Shown: positions 24,595-37,173 of the stretch, piece by piece
Layout of the letters: each line of letters opens with the position of its first letter
How positions within the stretch are numbered: the first letter of the stretch is position 1
Assembly: GCA_001949185.1 (NCBI GenBank)
Contig: BDGG01000001.1
Span: 3,613,324 to 3,677,323 of the forward strand
Source: Ramazzottius varieornatus
Taxonomy: Eukaryota; Animalia; Tardigrada
Direction of reading: 5' to 3'
DNA: 64,000 bases
The notes under the pieces: model-generated
Told to the model about the DNA's origin: nothing
The model's database searches: none
What the model saw: the letters and a program-made list of their open reading frames with translations, nothing else
Translations under genes and position numbers: made by a program

Positions 24595-25648
24595 TCAGCT
24601 TGGCGGTCGAAGATGAAGAAAGGATCTCCATCCATCTATCTGCACGAACAACGCCAACCGTGGTAGGGTACTAACGTATAAGGTACGCCGTTTAGTTTTT
24701 CTGCTTTTTTGCCGTAGCTGTAATAATTTTATCTTCTGTTATCTCTTAAGACTTTAGGCTTAGGTTTATTTTCTCCTGATAAGTATTCTTTCACGTTCAG
24801 CTTTCTCTTGCTGATGGGGACATGTTACTCCTGCGGACTAACGTAATTTTCCTCGCTGCTCAAGCTTGTTGCGCATCTCGGGAATGCTTTTTGGGACTGA
24901 TAAGCGAAATCTGTGAATACGGTAATAAACTTTCGCTCGAAAATTGCACACTGATTTTTCAAGAATGTTTTTACTATTATGATTGAAAAGACGGGACGTT
25001 AATTCCACTGACCTATTCGGGAATTAGGGTTAGTGGGCACGTAGAAGGTTATTGAATTTAATTATCGGCTGTTTCCGTCTTCCTTGTTTCACATATGGCA
25101 TATGTGTTGCAAACGGAAGGACGGCTGCTTGCCTTCGTTTTAAAAGCAAGACAAAATTCAATTATCCAAAATCCGGCGGGATTAAGTGACAGAAGGGTGT
25201 CAAGATGGTTACGATAGATTACAACATGGCGTCAATGCGAGGTTCTCCGCCCCGACCATTTCCGCTCTCGTGAAAACTAAAAAGTCAGTTTGAATTTAGA
25301 GGGATGGGTTTTAAGAGATACAGCGTTAACAGATACAAAATGCTCCACTTTTGTCCATTCTATTCAAAAGAATCTGGCAGAGAAGTATAGTTTACATGGG
25401 ATGCAAAGCTTAGTTGACGCTAACAGGATTAAAGGCAAGGCTAGTCTGGGGATGCGTAAATGAACAATAAGAGGGAAGGATTAGTTTCAGTTCGGCCACG
25501 CAGGGGTACGAAGCTGCGGCTAGGCGAACTGGTCAAGCCTGCCGGCTATGGACTCATCTGCTGTTAAGACTCTCTTTCTTATCAAGTTAAACTTCGTCCC
25601 TTAAGAACAACTTAGATGGCTGGAGTCCAGAAAAGTCGGAACTGTGCT

Positions 25649-28600
25649 TTAGTACCAAGCAAAACAAATTAACAAGAACAACATCAGTGGATGAAAGAGC
25701 ACCCCGCCATGGCTGGCTTTGCTGCTGGTAAGTCCCAAAGCAACCGTCTTCCGCTCTCTTTGCGATTCTTGATACGCAAAGGGCAGTTCTACAAATATTC
25801 ACCAAAAAGATAGTAATTATAATGATACATAAACTTACGAACTAAACTTGCTCTGTTCAACAGGATAAAACGAAGAAACTCAACAACAAAGGATAATTGA
25901 AACAAGCAAAACGAAAAACATTTGGCAAACAAGGGTCGAGGAGGCGGAATGTGTCAGACCGGCAAAAAGGGCGCGGTTATCGTAATCACCGACAACGTAG
26001 GAGGTTTCTGGAAGGAGACAGGCAAGACTCAACAAAGGGAAAATAACGTAAGAATAAGATAACTAGTAAAAGGTAAACACTTGAAGAACCCTCAATTACG
26101 CCAAACGGGAAGTGAGAGGAACTTACCGTAAAATTCGACTTTTCCTCTCGCCGATCCGAGTCGGCTGTGGGCGACACATTCGTATGCGCCGTAATGTCTC
26201 TTTTGAATATTCTTTATTCTTAGTTTCATTTCAGTAGCGTCATTGGCTTTGGTGAAGGAAGAGACGTGGTAGTGGGCATCGTCTACGATCTTTCGACCGT
26301 CGAAGCTCCATTCCACGTTCGCAGCCGGAAACGCCTCTACGATGCACTCTAGCTCCCGCTCGTAATACAGAGCTTGACCGATACGAGCCCTTGGAACACG
26401 GATAACTGGCGCAACTACAAGCACAAAGAACGCGTATTGATTATGAGAGTAATAACTTTTAAAATTTCATTTCAAGCAGTTCTGATTGCAGGTCTTTCTT
26501 ACATTCGACTTGGATATTGATGAGTCTCTGTGCGCCGCCACCGACTGCGTTATCCGCTGTTGTCAAAAACCAAAATCGTGGAACACACTACCGATCGCGA
26601 GCTGGGCCACCGGCTTTCCCCCCAATTACTTGAATACTTCATGTTTTTCCGACTATCATGTGGGTATCTTACCAGTGCAAATGTACGTCCCTCTGTGTTC
26701 CCTTTGGATATCCTAAAAAGTATAAACATATCAAAAATCCGAGCGTTAGAAACGGGAAAACCAAGGAAACTGTAAGACAATTCCGTTGTTAGTCTGCTGT
26801 TATTTTCCAGGAATTTACCAGTATGCGGAGATGGTTCCCGTGGGATATGGCTCCGCCATTGGGTAGCACAGCGGCCCCCTGTCGCCGCCACGAAAGTTTG
26901 GGATGTGGATTACCGGACGCGTTGCAAAACAAGTCGATATCCTCGCCCTTGGTCACAATTTGGTCTCGCGTCGAGTCATCGGATATCACAGGTTGCCCTG
27001 TACAGAGGTAAGCCGTTAAGATGGGGTTCAGGAGTGGTTTGTTGAGAAAATAAGCGCGCTGGCTTCTGAAGAGCAACGGATCGGCTTACTTCTTATCGAT
27101 AAGGGTACTTCAGCAGTAACTTTCGTTGTTGATGTCACTTGTACTTGGCACTGAAATGGAGCGAAACCTTTCTTGAACAAGGAAGAAATAAGGCTAATGG
27201 TGGTAATGGAAGAAAGACGTGACCGCCGTTTATTTTTATTCCCTCATCCTAATCTAGTTCGTTTCTGGGAAGAACCGAGAGAGCCACGGCCAGTCATCTT
27301 TTATGAACCTGCATACGGGTGGCCACTGAAACGCTTCGGGTCCTTGTATGCAGGTGCGTGAAGCACAGTTACTTCACGCACCTGCATACAAGCTTGTGTG
27401 ATGATTCGAGGAAGATTCGTAGGCAGGTTCTTAAAACCGCAAGTGCATTGATTAGGCAGCGCCCAACAAAGGAAATACTTGGTTAAATATCGCTTTTGCG
27501 GTAATCTCATTTCGTACCCTGTATATTCCGTCATCTGATTCTTGCAGGTCTTGGATCTGCAGCAGATATGTCATGCTGGACTCGTCGTATCGTATGCTGT
27601 ATCTATTATCAGGGACAATTTTGGATCCTCGTATGGTTAGAGGCGTATCGGGTAATCTTATCCACATCACCTGTCAAAATAGGAACATGGTGAGCTCAAC
27701 CTAATCATCCGTATAATAACCGTGATATTCGACCAATATCCCGGCCTACTTTTCGCCTGTCTAATTCCAGCGGCTTACCGGGAAATCAGCCACAAACTGA
27801 ACTGCACACCGCAGCTCGACGGTGCTGCCAATATCCGCCACCTTTTCTTTCTCGATGAACGTGATGGTTGGATTCTGTTGGGCTGTGACATCCACTGCAA
27901 GTAGACAAAGCAGAAAATTAAAATTAGATTGCACAGCGGGTGTAATCATTTTTTGATTATGTAAAACGTGTTAATGACTTATTGCATCTGCAATGTCTAG
28001 TTGGGTTTTTCTATACAGAGAGGACGCTAAGGGAATTCACATAGTAATTAGCTCGATTGTAATGCCGGTCAAACTGCCTGTTAATGTCCAGGCAATGGGG
28101 TGTGGATGGGAGGAGAAGAAGATTTACGGAGAGCAATGGAGCATGATAATGAGGGAAACGTGTTGTGGTCCCGTCCAGCAAGGCTAGTCGGCTTTTAGAG
28201 CGACAAACACACAGGAAGGAAGGAAGCACCAGTATTTCCTTTGGAGAATGACCGTATGCGTCCATCCTAGCTAATATCTCAACCGTGACCGTCAACGTCA
28301 CATTAGAAACTGCGCATGTGAACATATTCTATAGGTCACGGCTGGACGTTCGAGTATTAAAATCGTTCAATGAGGTGGTTATGTGTCCCGCGTCTCTCAT
28401 TTCTACAATGAGATGGACGGGAGGTAGAAGAAAGATGGCTCAGCATGACTGGTGGATATGGGACAGTCGCCGGTCAACTGTCCGATTGTTCCTATGGATT
28501 AGGAATTTTCCACAAGAATGCATGCATCATGCTGACATGTTAAAGCGGAATGCTGCGTAGCAATCTTTTTATGACGGATCTGCAACGGCGAATTTTACAA

Positions 28601-31600
28601 TTAGAAAATTGCGCTGTAGCCTCCAAAGTCCGAACAGCATCTGCCGGCTGGCTTAGCCTCATATCGTAAAACAGGCCTTCAGTACACTTTAATGAGGCTG
28701 CCTATCTTGACCACATGCTGTGAAGATCAAGGGCTGATCGACAGCCCTCAAAACATAAAAATGATTCATTTCGTGTTGAGGAACTTGTACCAGACCATAG
28801 CTCGTATTGCATGTAATACAACCGCCATCTATCAATTAATCGTTTTTCAATAAGCTCAAATTCCGACCAGCACCCAAATAACAGCCATAAATTTTTCGCC
28901 GGTTCCCACCGCTTCCGATGTCTGTCGTCTTTACTTCCTCGTCTAAAAGTTGTGCCACTGGCCAAACTGTGAAAAGAATTAATCGCATCCTGAGTAAATG
29001 GTCATTCGATACGCGAGTAGTACACGGTCTGTATAATAAGTTTCTGCGGAGCAAAGTGATTCATTCCGCCTTTGCATACTGAAGGAAGGGCTATCTTCGC
29101 TGTCCGTTCGATCGATATTTGCGGACATAATCCGGGCCTAAACATTATAATGAACACTCTCACAAACAAATATCTTATTTCGGCAGTTCATTCAACGGAC
29201 TCCTCTTCTGACTGAATCCAACAACTGGCTTTGGTCCGAACGCCGGACGGTATGCCAGCAAATCCCGGCCACCAGCTGACAGTTTATTTCAAGTAGCCAG
29301 TTCAATTACATTCCGCAAAAGCCTCTAGATATACGACCATAGAAAAGGATTTTAAGGTGGCAGTGTTATCTTTATGGAGAGAAAGTTCGCCCACCAGTTG
29401 TTTGAACTTCCCGGGCAGGAAAAAAACTAGGTTGATGCTCGGAGAGTATTATAAACACATGAAATCCACTGGTGAGACAGTTCCGTTAGAAGTGTTTATG
29501 AATTTGGACAGTATGTTATTACGAGGAGGGAGTATAAAACTGGTCAAACAGCAGTGAGCAAGCCGGGATAATTTACGGTTTAGCTGCTTGTCATTTGCAG
29601 GTGCTTCTGGGCCGTATAATCGGGTGTTGAGCATAATTCAACAACACTTTTAACGATATCTCTCTGCCGAGCCAAACTATAAACGGATATTTTTAAAAGC
29701 TGCACGTTATGAAAGCACATTCATGGTTCTTTCTAGAGAGTGGTCAAGCAATGACGCCCTACTATTGCCACCAGAATGTTGCGGGGAATACGGTAGCGGT
29801 TGTTGGTCATGCAGAAAATTGTGGTTCATCACGATGAGCATGACTGCGCTATATGTCGGGGTAAAAGTTCCCTCCGGATTTTCGTCCGTGCTCGAGGAAA
29901 TGGGAAATCTGATCGTATGTCATCCTTGTGCCGACAGTGACGGCTGACCATGTTTGCGTGTTTATGTCCGTCAACTTTGCGGACCACAGGCTTATATACT
30001 GGGCGCGTTTCGCTAATGCAATTCCGGCATGTCAAATCATGGCAAACAAACGAGCAGATCGTTCCGAATTTTCTCCTCACTGAATTTTTCTAAATCAGCG
30101 GGACACTTTGTCCCTCATCTACTCAAATTTCGCAAAAGACATCCTGAATACCTAAGTCGAGAATTTTTGGAAAATACAATATAGGCGTGTACTCATGGGA
30201 ACCGGTATACAAGGTTACTTGGACATTCTCCCATTGCATGAGCAAGCACACAACAACGCTGACCTGTTATGGATTTTTATTCGCGGCTGGACAATAGCCG
30301 TTTACTTTCTTTATTTGTAGCAGTGCATTAACCCAAAATGACCAACAGAACCTTATATCTGTTTGTCACGCAATGAACTGTCCCTAGCAATTTTGCTCCT
30401 GAATTCTGTCAGGACAGCACCAGGTGCAAATTGAATTTCTACCTTTGTCCACTCTGTCGATATGAATGTCCAGCGTGGCTATGAAAGAAGCGAGGAAGCC
30501 TGTCCCTGTTATGAAAGATGGACCAGTGGACCTTATTAGTTGTATTTGAATAACCCATTTCTCCCGTATGGAGCCATGGTCCATCAGTCCACACGCTGCG
30601 TGCCCTGTTCCATACAATGCCCACACGCCAAGGAAAAGGCGCTAATTAAACGCGAGAAATTTTTCTCCATTCATTCAGACCGTTTCGTCACTATTAATTT
30701 CCCTCGTAACGACCGTCATTGAAACTTCGCGTTAATTTACTCATTCGTCGGTTAATTAAAGATGCATATCGGTAGGTTATTAATGCGACCCTAGGGATCT
30801 GTTTGTCACAACCATTGCGCCATTTAGTTACGCTTTCTTTTTTCCGGAGTTCGGTTACTGAATATTGCACCTTTCGAAAGGCAGAGCTGACCTCCGCCCT
30901 CGCGCTTTCCATAAGGTGGTGGAAGACAGTTTCGGTGGCGAAACTATCTGCTCCAGGTGAGGTAATTGACCATCCGTTATGAATATGCTGCCCAGAAGGA
31001 TAACAACCCCCACTAATAAGCGTATCACAGCTGGTCAGTTGTGTGTCTCGAGGATGTACGCTTGTCTGAGTTCGCTTCCGCATAATTATGATATATGTGC
31101 CGCCGAGTACTCTTGTCAAGTCTTATCCATTTAGTGTAATGTACTTACGAAAGGTCATGGATACTTCTTGAGGATGCTGCGAACAAACATGGTGGCCGGA
31201 GGGTAAAGAGGAGGCTAACCTTGTTATGGCATATGTGTACAAGAATATGGACTGCTGTACTGTGTGCACAGTGATTGATGAGGCTTAAGCCTTGCTGAGC
31301 AGCCGATGCAATTAATAAGCTGTCGGCAGAAGATTCCTTTGGAAATGTTGTCATATGATTGTGAAGATACTTTTGAAAGCTGTCGGAATCCGGTTTGGGT
31401 ACACCGGTGTACAAGAAGGCAACTTGATCCTATCTTAAAGTAAAAGTTTTTCAAGAGAGTCCGGCCAAGTTGAAAAGAATGCCTTTCTCTCAAAAGACGG
31501 ATATCTGATGTGCTAAAGATGGATAGCGTGTCTCTGGTGCCGGTGTATTACGGCTGAAGTTCAAGTTGTCCAAGAATGACAAGATTTCCTCGGTAAAAGG

Positions 31601-32601
31601 ATCTCAAGTTTGTGGACAAAAGTCCGAGACAATCCGATATGGTCAGCATGGGGAAAGGGGATATCACAACATGCAGATAGTCACGCTTAGAGCGACACTC
31701 GACGGCAAAGACGACCTGTCTCAATGTCACTCAACGTAACCCTCTTACCCCAAACACCGCAAACAATGCGCCACTACAACAGGAAACTCCTCATCAACTT
31801 ACAGCTACATTCTTCCAACAAAGTAAATATCTCCACTTTTAGCACCAGAAAATCCCTGACGAAAAGGTGCCAATGTCGAGGCAAAAGGTGCGGTCGATAT
31901 TTGACGGCTGTCGGCGCCAGAAAGTTGTAACGACCTTACTTCCTTGTCTGAGGTATGGGACGAAAGGAAACAATCTAAGGATGATTTCTCTTTCAGGTCG
32001 CGCAGTTTACCCTGCTACCAGGTACTGGCTGGTAACGTGCCTCACTTGAGAAAACTATTATCCTACGATTCTTTATTACCGGCCTTCCAAATCAACGTTG
32101 CTGTATTCAAAGTTAGCGCGGGAAAAAATCTATCATCTTAGAAATTAATTTTGAGTATTTTAGAAACAGTGTAATCCTTTCTAAAGCTCCACCTAATTAA
32201 TTTTGGCCAAGGCATATTAATTTCTTCTAGACCAGCACGGAAGAGTCCCATGGCTGTCCATCTAAAGCACATCTCACAAGTCAGACACGTTCGCCATAGC
32301 AGCAAGATTAAGACTAATATTCTGGGAGTAATTCAAATTAGCTGCTGCTCCACTTCCCAACAGAGTTAATAGCTTCTTTAAGCTTGACACAAGTAATGTT
32401 GACGGGTTGCGGAACCAAAATTGCATTAGGTAGCGTGATGCGGGGACCGGCAGGACCACTAATATTATTCTACACCCAAGAATAACTGTTTTTGTAACGG
32501 TCAGTATGCACGAGGTGGGACACTTATGTGATCAAACAAAACTCACCTAATATACCGGCAAGCAAACAAGCCGTGGTCGCAAGATAAAACACAGACTCCA
32601 T
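25649..32601 (-). CDS. Lac: Lachesin-like 3-Ig GPI-anchored cell adhesion protein
   Basis: Signal-peptide exon 32601-32547 (phase 1) splices in frame to exon 27894 (QQNPTI...DIGSTVELRC). Ig2 QPVISDDSTR...CNASGNPHP; Ig3 FAPVIRVPRARIGQAL...LECIVEAFP; hydrophobic C-terminal exons. First intron is 4.65 kb. Confidence 0.9.
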
Positions 32602-34494
32602 GGTCAAGAAGCTGATTTTAGTGTGGCAAGAAAAAGGATGTCCGGATCCGCCTCTCGGAAGGCAACTGGGCTCTCGAGCAACTGACGAATGCGTGCGCGT
32701 GGTTCCTGAGGTTCCGGAAAGGAAGAGCCGCGGAGAACAGTAGTGGCTCGCGGTTCTGGGGGCTATAAGTTCTGTCAAGAACTAGGCAGAAAGATTTGGC
32801 ATGATGCTGATCAGTTGATCGGTGGAAAATTGTACTTGGTGCACGCTCCCGTTCAGAATACTACTGCCTCAAGCATACAGATCCGCACCGGTTGTAAAGC
32901 TACCGGCCACTTAAATGATGGTTATGGACTGTAAACTGCGATCCATATACGCAGCCATGTACAGCATGGAGTTTGTACGAGGCGCCCTGATGTAGGCACG
33001 GATCACATCTCAAAGGAAAAGGGCGTGCTGGACAGATCAATCTCCGCCCTAAAGAGCACGTACAGTGGGTCGCACGCAGCCGCCAAATGGAAGACTACCT
33101 TCTCCGTAACCGAACCAATACAGACGCTGCTAATCGAATGGTCTCGGGGTAGACTTTACCCAGATCCTTGCGTTTAAGTTTCCGTAACTGGAAAAATCAG
33201 GGAACCATGAATTGGAGAAAACTTGGCGTGTTAATGATCAATAAGGAAGCTTAGTCGTTTCTCCCAACATTTGATTATATCCCTTTTTTTCGACTGGACA
33301 TATCGTGAGATTGGATGGAAACTCCCAGCGGTGTGGGATGAACTCCTGCCGGCAGGTCAACCGAGCAACTGAACAAAGCTTGACAATACGCACACGGCAA
33401 CGACGTGCTGGGTTATTGTCAGAGTAAAAACGTCCAGGAGTTGCTTTAAGTTAGGTGACTAAACCTTCATTGTGGTGTTTTGATAGTAGGTCGCAGGCTA
33501 CGGTAAGCTCGTTCCTCGTTTCACCTGGTCGCGAAGTCTGCTTTTTGTTCTCCATAAAAAAACCGGCGAAGAGCTCGAATATTAATCGATAATCGACTGA
33601 ATAAAATGGGTATTGAGATGAGTATAATTTTTGAGGTTGGAGTATGGCGTAGAAGAATCAAAACGACAGCGACCCAGATTCATCAACACCGTAATTGAAT
33701 TATTTGCTTTATGATGAAGGAGAGTACCTGTCCACGTGAATCGAACCATTAGACGTGCAAGCTGCATGAACAAACTAGAATAAAATGAGTCGAGTGCAGC
33801 CGTTTCCGGTGGAAAGTGTTTAATTTAGCTCGGTGTGCTCCAGTGCGTCCTCAGATTGCTGTCTGACCAACGTCCAGTCAGTTAGTCACGGAAGGACGAT
33901 TGACGGACGCTTCAGTACTAGTGGCGCCATCGCACATCACCCGGATGAACTACCGCACAGTTACTCCGTTTTCGTTTCTGGATCCTGAATTCTTGAAAGC
34001 GAAGACCCAAGAATGGTTAGTCACTATTACTGCGAATTCTGTTCCGTTTTACCTATAATTTGCCTTTGTACAGGAGCAAACCTTGATCTAGAGACCTCAT
34101 CAGCAAGCTTACTTCCGCCGCACAAGCGCTCCGGCCCTAGTCTATCCTTAACACTTTCAGCACGATCGTTTTCATGTTTGCAGAATACTACCGTCCTCTT
34201 TGTGTATACAGGAATTTTATTGGCTGGTACCGTGTTGCGGAGGCTGGTCCAACTAATAGGCGATTTTTGAAATTTCAAAATTCGGATAATTGGCAGGCCA
34301 TGAACGCCAAATCTCAAAAGGGAGAACTGGTCGTCTTGATTTTCTTCTGACCGCACTGATGACTACAAAATTTATCCCAGGCTCGGCTTCGATAGATAAG
34401 ACTGTCCCCAGTGCTCCAGTTTTCTTCTAAGCGAATACCGCGCACGTGTCTCGCGCGAAGAGACGAAACACCGAATTTAACCAACAGCACCCGA

Positions 34495-35094
34495 AACCGT
34501 AGAAAAATTTCTAGCGTGCTGGGGTTTTGCTGACCACTAGTCATTGGTGTTGCTTTGATGAGAAGACTGAGGTACATGCAAAAAAAAAGACCCAGACCCG
34601 AAAGACCAAAAGCTAAAACTGGGAGGTGAATAAAACGGAGTGATTGAATACACAAAGAGGACGGTCGTACGCAGAGTGTTAAGGCAAACATGGATACGAC
34701 TAGTGTGCAGCGATCAGGTCGGTGTTTGAATTCCATACTTCTTTCCGAACTTTGCACCGGTCGAATCCCAGCTATAGTATCTTGAACTTTGTTCATGTCG
34801 TTGCTTTAAGCGTCTTTCTTTCATGGAAGCGCAGCGTGAAGCCAGAGGGAAACAGCAAGAGAAACTGGACGAAGCTTCCCGACTACACGCTGAGAAGCTG
34901 AAGGCTGTGAGCATCATTCTCATTTGTGTTGTTGTCTGAGTAAGTTCGCGTTGGTCATAGCCAACGATATCCTTTTTCAGAAAGCTGCGGAAAAGTTCAA
35001 AGAAAGAATGGAGGCTTTAGGGAAGAAAGAGCTCTGTGGCGAATATCGTCTCGGCGGCAGCCCGACCACCAAGAAATCTGGAGGTTCAGTCTGA
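34495..35094 (+). pseudogene. Selenoprotein S (VIMP)-like small membrane/coiled-coil gene, 5' part apparently disrupted
   Basis: Exons 34811-34906 and 34981-35094 give RLSFMEAQREARGKQQEKLDEASRLHAEKLKA|KAAEKFKERM...KKSGGSV*, resembling the SelS coiled coil. The upstream TM-like segment needs a frameshift. Confidence 0.35.
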
Positions 35095-37173
35095 GATCCC
35101 GGAATTGTAGTAAGCTGTGGTGTCCATGTTGAATGGAGTAAACCAGATGATAGAGGTACTTCATCGCAATGCGGCCGTTGCGTCTGCTCTTTACTGTGTC
35201 GTCGGCTACTTCTGCTTCTGGATCTTAGCCATAAGCCATTTACTCTTGTTTGTTAATTTTTCTTACTGCACATGCAGAGTAAACACTGGAGAGTCTTAGA
35301 CTCAATCCGAAGCGTACGTCCGTTTCCTCCAGAACCCAAACAAGTCAAAGAAGAGGCGTTAGTAGTTGTAAAAGAGCAGGTCCCTTCACTCGGCACGATA
35401 CAATACAATACAAGAAGTTCAACAAACACCGGAAACAGGCACCGGAAGGCACCGGAAGTTTCGGTGACTCCCGAAACACAACCAGGAGCGCTATCTTTAG
35501 GGTCACCATTTGGCGCGAAGACCAAGAGGAAAGGCTCGCCCCCAAGCTCCGTCTCACCAAGTTCGTACTTCTCGCCGTTATGGGCCTCAAGTGTCGGTGA
35601 GTGCTCCGGACCTCGACACTCGTTCTGTGTACTACATGTTCGCCCATCATAGAAGTCAAGGACTATCAGCTTGGACGTTACTTCTCGGGGTCAGGTGCGC
35701 AGACGTGCAGCAAATGTATGCGCGTTTTTGCCGGAAAAATACCGGACGCCCGAGCCGTGCCGACCGTCTTCCAGCATGACATTGAAATCACCCAGTTTCA
35801 CTTGCGCAGTTAGAGACGAGTGGCTCTACTGCAGTGACGTCGAACTCAACGGAACGGGGTGGGACCAAGCTGAGTCATCAGATGGGAAACGTCACAAGAT
35901 CTGCCCCATGCCCCATCAGGATTCCGAGTCGTTCTGGGACTTCTGGGAAACGTTTTCGAAAAACGGCTCATGTCAATCGATCCCTTTGATGAACAAATAT
36001 GGTCGTAAAGGAAATTTTAAATTTTTTTAAATTCTTCTCTGGATTTTGCGGGACGAAATTCAGAAGTACGGGATTCTTGCAACAAAGCTTAGAGCGAATG
36101 ACATAATAGGGGTCATCACGCTTTGCTTTCTAACACCGTTTATTGAAAAACTGACGTCACAGCGTGGACCCGTCCATCGTGCAAGCACGCTCTGCGGCGG
36201 CCAAACTTTCGAGATAACCAGCTCCAAGGCTGCTTATCTCGAAAGTTTGGTTCGTTTATCCTTTCCATCCGAAAAGTATTCAAAAAAAGTGTCACGCAAG
36301 CGCCCGACTTCATTCGCGCACGATCAGCTGTCTTGCCTCGTGACGTCAGCTTTCACAATAAGCGGTGTTAGAAAGCCAAGCGTGAGAACCCCTAATAAAA
36401 TACTGACCCAGCATAACATCCACGCAGCACACCAACTGGAAGAAAGTCCAACAGTTTCTCGTCTCGTTTAACGCCCTCTTGGGACTGCGCTGACCATCGG
36501 CTATCAACCTTGCTGCAACAGGTACGCCGGCTCTTTGTTGGCTGACGTCGCACTCACTGACATACCTGGCATTGTTCCACCCAATGAAAGAGGCGCACCA
36601 GGAACACTCTCTTGGTGAGCGACACGGTCCAACAGATGGCTCAGTCACATATTTCTTGTGCGTGGTAAACATCACATGATCGACACCCATCATCAATCTG
36701 CCCACCCCCGTGTTTCGAAACAACGGATAGTACCACGTGGTTTAGGACGCCGTAGGCGCAGTGTTGACTTGCGCAGCGAAGCTGGACCAGTTGGACCAGT
36801 TGGCAAAACTGGCTGTCTTTGTCAGTCTTCCATCATTCCTTCTGCGAACTGCGCTGCAGCTGTACTACTCATTCTATCCCTTCTAGATCACGGGAATATA
36901 ATCTTGGAGGCTTGATCTGGGTCTGGAGACCGTCGGATTACAGGTAATTCATCGTCAGGCGCGAGCAAGAAGGGATCCTACGTCATCCACCATCGACTGC
37001 GCTGCAAAGCGGGCCAAGCGGCACACGGGCGTCGTTTGACTCGTTTTACTTCATCGATATCCAGGCATCTGCTCGCAGCTCGTTTACAGCAGTGTTGTGA
37101 ACTTGCGATATTGGATTAGTCTGTGTGTGCGGGTTGTCTTCATCAGCTGAGCGGCGTAGAAAGGGTAACAACA

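Noticed and set aside
25024-25036. ttagggttag telomere-like motif
   Set aside because: Fewer than two units; expected by chance.
32274-32490. Possible UGT-like exon (RIILVVLPVPAS) downstream of the signal-peptide exon
   Set aside because: The signal exon splices perfectly to Lachesin; no further UGT motifs; weak acceptor.
35126-36030. Overlapping ORFs with CxxC pairs
   Set aside because: No coherent spliced model or family could be built.
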